Shown in pieces: positions 61,455 to 64,000 of a DNA stretch of 64,000 nt. A program made the translations under genes and the position numbers. This DNA comes from Coleofasciculus sp. B1-GNL1-01 (GTDB lineage: Bacteria > Cyanobacteriota > Cyanobacteriia > Cyanobacteriales > Coleofasciculaceae). The DNA lies in the NCBI GenBank assembly GCA_040220235.1, contig JAVJTO010000051.1; one strand, given 5' to 3'. Below the pieces are notes generated by a model. The model made no database searches and had not been told where the DNA came from. It saw nothing but the letters and a program-made list of their open reading frames with translations. The stretch's first letter is position 1, and each line of letters opens with the position of its first letter.

Positions 61455-62726
61455 CTAAAACTGCCCATTCCCCTGAACCACCTGTTTGAGTGTGGTTAAT
61501 GTCTCCAGAGTAATCATCCCGCGACGATACCCTTTCTGATTGGACATCCCCAGAAACACCGAGTCCCCACGTTTGGGATTGCGGGAAAATCTCGGTGAGG
61601 AATTGAGATAAATCGAAGCACTATCCACTTTGAGGGAGAATTGGCGACTTTCTAGGTAAGATTCAGTCACTACACAGTCAGCGTGGCGGCTACTGTATTG
61701 ATTAATCCACGCGATCGCGTCTTCGGTGCTATCGACTAATTTAAAGGCAACAACCTTATCTAAATACGGTTGACTCCATTCTGATTCAGACGCTAAAGTC
61801 AATTGATCGGGAAACTTTGCCACCAACTCAGCATCGGCTTTGAGTTTGAAGCCCTTGTCGCTCAAACTCTTACAGAGATTCATTAACGAAGATGGCTTTT
61901 GATTACGATGGATCAAGACTTTTTCGATCGCATTCACTGGATCAGGGATACTGGCGTGGCTGTCTAAAATAATCGATCGCACTCCATCCCAAGTCCCTGA
62001 TGCCGACCAATAGAGATAGCAGTTCCCCATCGCTGATCTTAAAACGGGTACCGTTGCTTGTTGCAAGACTTGCTGCACTAGCGTCGGGCGTCCATAAGGA
62101 ATCACCAAGTTTAAATAGTCATCCCGTGTGACTAAATCTCGCATAGAAGCCCCCTGTTCTGAAGGGAACAATTCCAAACAACCTGAGGGTAAACCCGCCT
62201 CGTCTAAGGCGTTCTGTAATGCTTGGACAATCACTTGATTCGATTGACTGGCTTCGCTACTTCCTTTTAATATCAAACTGTTTCCGGTTTTAATACAAAA
62301 ACCAGCCGCGATCGCACCTAACTCAGGGAACGCCTCATAAATTAAGGCAATCACGCCCAACGGCATCATTTGACAATAGGTTTGAGAATGGTCAAGTTGA
62401 TAAGACGCATTCATCACCCGACGAATCGGATCAGATAATTCCCCAATCCGCTGCAAAATCCCAATCGCAATCTGAAGTCGTTCTGGCGTTAGCTTCAGCC
62501 AGTCTAATACCAAATCAGGAACTGCCATTTCTCGACTGGCTTCCAAGTCCATGGTATTGGCATCCAAAATATCATCAAACGCATTTTGCAGGGCTTTTAC
62601 CATTGCTTGAACGCCACGCGATCGTTCAACTCCTTTTGTGGTTGCCAACACCACAGATGCCCGATATGATCTGGCAATCACAGGGTTGGACTGAGGCGTA
62701 GGATCAGAGGCTTCCATATCCATCAT
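61455..62726 (-). CDS. proA: Glutamate-5-semialdehyde dehydrogenase-like paralog
   Basis: PLGVIALIYE, KTGNSLILKG, SRHAD; the usual CNA catalytic motif reads VNA. Confidence 0.8.
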   Translation of the reverse strand: MMDMEASDPTPQSNPVIARSYRASVVLATTKGVERSRGVQAMVKALQNAFDDILDANTMDLEASREMAVPDLVLDWLKLTPERLQIAIGILQRIGELSDPIRRVMNASYQLDHSQTYCQMMPLGVIALIYEAFPELGAIAAGFCIKTGNSLILKGSSEASQSNQVIVQALQNALDEAGLPSGCLELFPSEQGASMRDLVTRDDYLNLVIPYGRPTLVQQVLQQATVPVLRSAMGNCYLYWSASGTWDGVRSIILDSHASIPDPVNAIEKVLIHRNQKPSSLMNLCKSLSDKGFKLKADAELVAKFPDQLTLASESEWSQPYLDKVVAFKLVDSTEDAIAWINQYSSRHADCVVTESYLESRQFSLKVDSASIYLNSSPRFSRNPKRGDSVFLGMSNQKGYRRGMITLETLTTLKQVVQGNGQF

Positions 62727-63137
62727 TTACGAACGCCGATAAGCTAACCAAACCATAAGCGCTGGCAAGACGGCTAAAATCACTGCCAGTAATGCCCAAA
62801 GAATTATAGAAGGACCGGTTGGAGATTGCAGCGCTAGGGGTAACCAGACAATCAGCAAAACCAGCACGATTAAGAGGGCTACAGGTAGGTAGCTTTCCCC
62901 AAGATTCCCTTGGGTACTCACCCAGCGATGACCTGTCCAACGCCACGTTTTTTTGTAGGGATAAGTCGTCGATAATTGCTCGATTGTAAGCCCATTTTCT
63001 TCAAGAACGAAAATCTGCTGACAGCGATTACAGCCAAAGGCTTCTGTCAGGGTAATCGGCACTAAACACCCCCGCCGCCGACACGGGCAGGGATATTCCT
63101 TACTTAAATCTATCTTTTGAGCTTTCTGAGGTGGCAC
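62727..63137 (-). CDS. Hypothetical Zn-ribbon membrane protein
   Basis: YPCPC...FGCNRC plus two C-terminal TM helices. Confidence 0.8.
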   Translation of the reverse strand: MPPQKAQKIDLSKEYPCPCRRRGCLVPITLTEAFGCNRCQQIFVLEENGLTIEQLSTTYPYKKTWRWTGHRWVSTQGNLGESYLPVALLIVLVLLIVWLPLALQSPTGPSIILWALLAVILAVLPALMVWLAYRRS

Positions 63138-63428
63138 AAGCGCTATTCAAAACCAAGATTACGTTGATGATTGAGTGTTCCTGATTACACGATTAACTTG
63201 CATAGTAAATCACTATAGCTTAAACTTATCCCCACAAATTCCCAACTGAGATTTTCTTGGAGACGCCCATGCTCTAATATTAGCGCTTTCCTTTCCCTTG
63301 ACCAATTATAGACCTGACTTTTCAGGGGATAGCGGTTAGGACAGATCATTGTAGAGACGTTGCCTGAAATAATGTAGAGACGCTGAAATAATGTAGAGTA
63401 GAGACGCGCCATGGCGCGTCTCTACATA

Positions 63429-63500
63429 AGCGGGTAACGCGATTCGAACGCGCGACATTCACCTTGGCAAGGTGACGCTCTACCACTGAGCTATACCCGC
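63429..63500 (-). tRNA. tRNA-Gly(GCC)
   Basis: GCGGGTA acceptor, anticodon arm TCACC-TTGCCAA-GGTGA, GTTCGAATC. Confidence 0.96.
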
Positions 63501-63619
63501 ATTTATTTTGCTTTTTACAGTGTCTCAGAATAATCCGGGTTTGTCAAGTTATTTGTTATTTGCCATAGCTCCTCTGTTCCGAGACAGGCTTTGGCATGTT
63601 TCCCGATCTGATGAGTGGC

Positions 63620-64000
63620 TCATGAATTCCCAGACTCATTGTATTCAGAAGCGGACTCTGAAGGAAGAGACCGCCCGGATGAAACAGGTAAGGACTGAGT
63701 AGTTCCTGCTGTATCATAAGCATTATAAGAGGTTGAGCCATTTTGCCCCTTGAACTGCTGCATTAAACTCGCCATTTCTAAGGCACTCATGGCATATTCC
63801 CAACCCTTATTACTCTTAATTCCTGCCCGTTCCAAGGCTTGCTGCATCGTATCAGCCGTTAGAATTCCAAAGACTACAGGAATTCCAGTTTGAAAGCTAG
63901 CGGCGGCAATGCCCTTAGAGACTTCAGCCGCCACATAATCAAAATGGGGGGTTTGACCGCGAATGACAGCGCCCAAGCAAATCACCGCATCATAGCGGTG
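63620..64000 (-). CDS. ribH: 6,7-dimethyl-8-ribityllumazine synthase (5' end outside the window)
   Basis: [34 protein letters not shown]. Confidence 0.95.
   Translation of the reverse strand, partial: HRYDAVICLGAVIRGQTPHFDYVAAEVSKGIAAASFQTGIPVVFGILTADTMQQALERAGIKSNKGWEYAMSALEMASLMQQFKGQNGSTSYNAYDTAGTTQSLPVSSGRSLPSESASEYNESGNS

Overview
Cyanobacterial chromosome segment (frequent HIP1 GCGATCGC octamers, many REP/MITE-like palindromes; a filamentous Coleofasciculus/Microcoleus-like host is a guess). Housekeeping genes (purF, purL, split feoB plus feoA, ABC transporter, ferredoxin, proA-like, ribH, tRNA-Ala/Ser/Gly) surround accessory blocks. (1) 10.5-17.3 kb: an island starting 4 nt after tRNA-Ala(CGC) with a Tn7-like/type V-K CAST-like left end and a broken tnsB remnant. 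Its cargo is an internally deleted MmeI/YeeA-like methyltransferase, an SF2 helicase, a GIY-YIG nuclease and toxin-antitoxin parts. (2) 20.9-32.0 kb: a complete type I-B (MYXAN/Cmx8) CRISPR-Cas locus with two arrays and an internally encoded Cas11. The most notable signal is in the cas2-cas6 intergenic region: a promoter-only third leader drives a degenerate split-repeat mini-array. Its guide matches the cas6-operon -10 box next to an ATG PAM (11/12 nt, mismatch at position 6). Other degenerate repeats bracket cas4/1-cas2 and sit in the cas6 5' UTR, suggesting layered RNA-guided autoregulation. (3) Several decayed toxin/HNH/PIN fragments, local duplications, a frameshifted PEP-CTERM gene, a STAND-WD40 protein and a 2941-aa haemagglutinin-CHAT protein. 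All calls come from reading the sequence and recalled family motifs; no searches were run.
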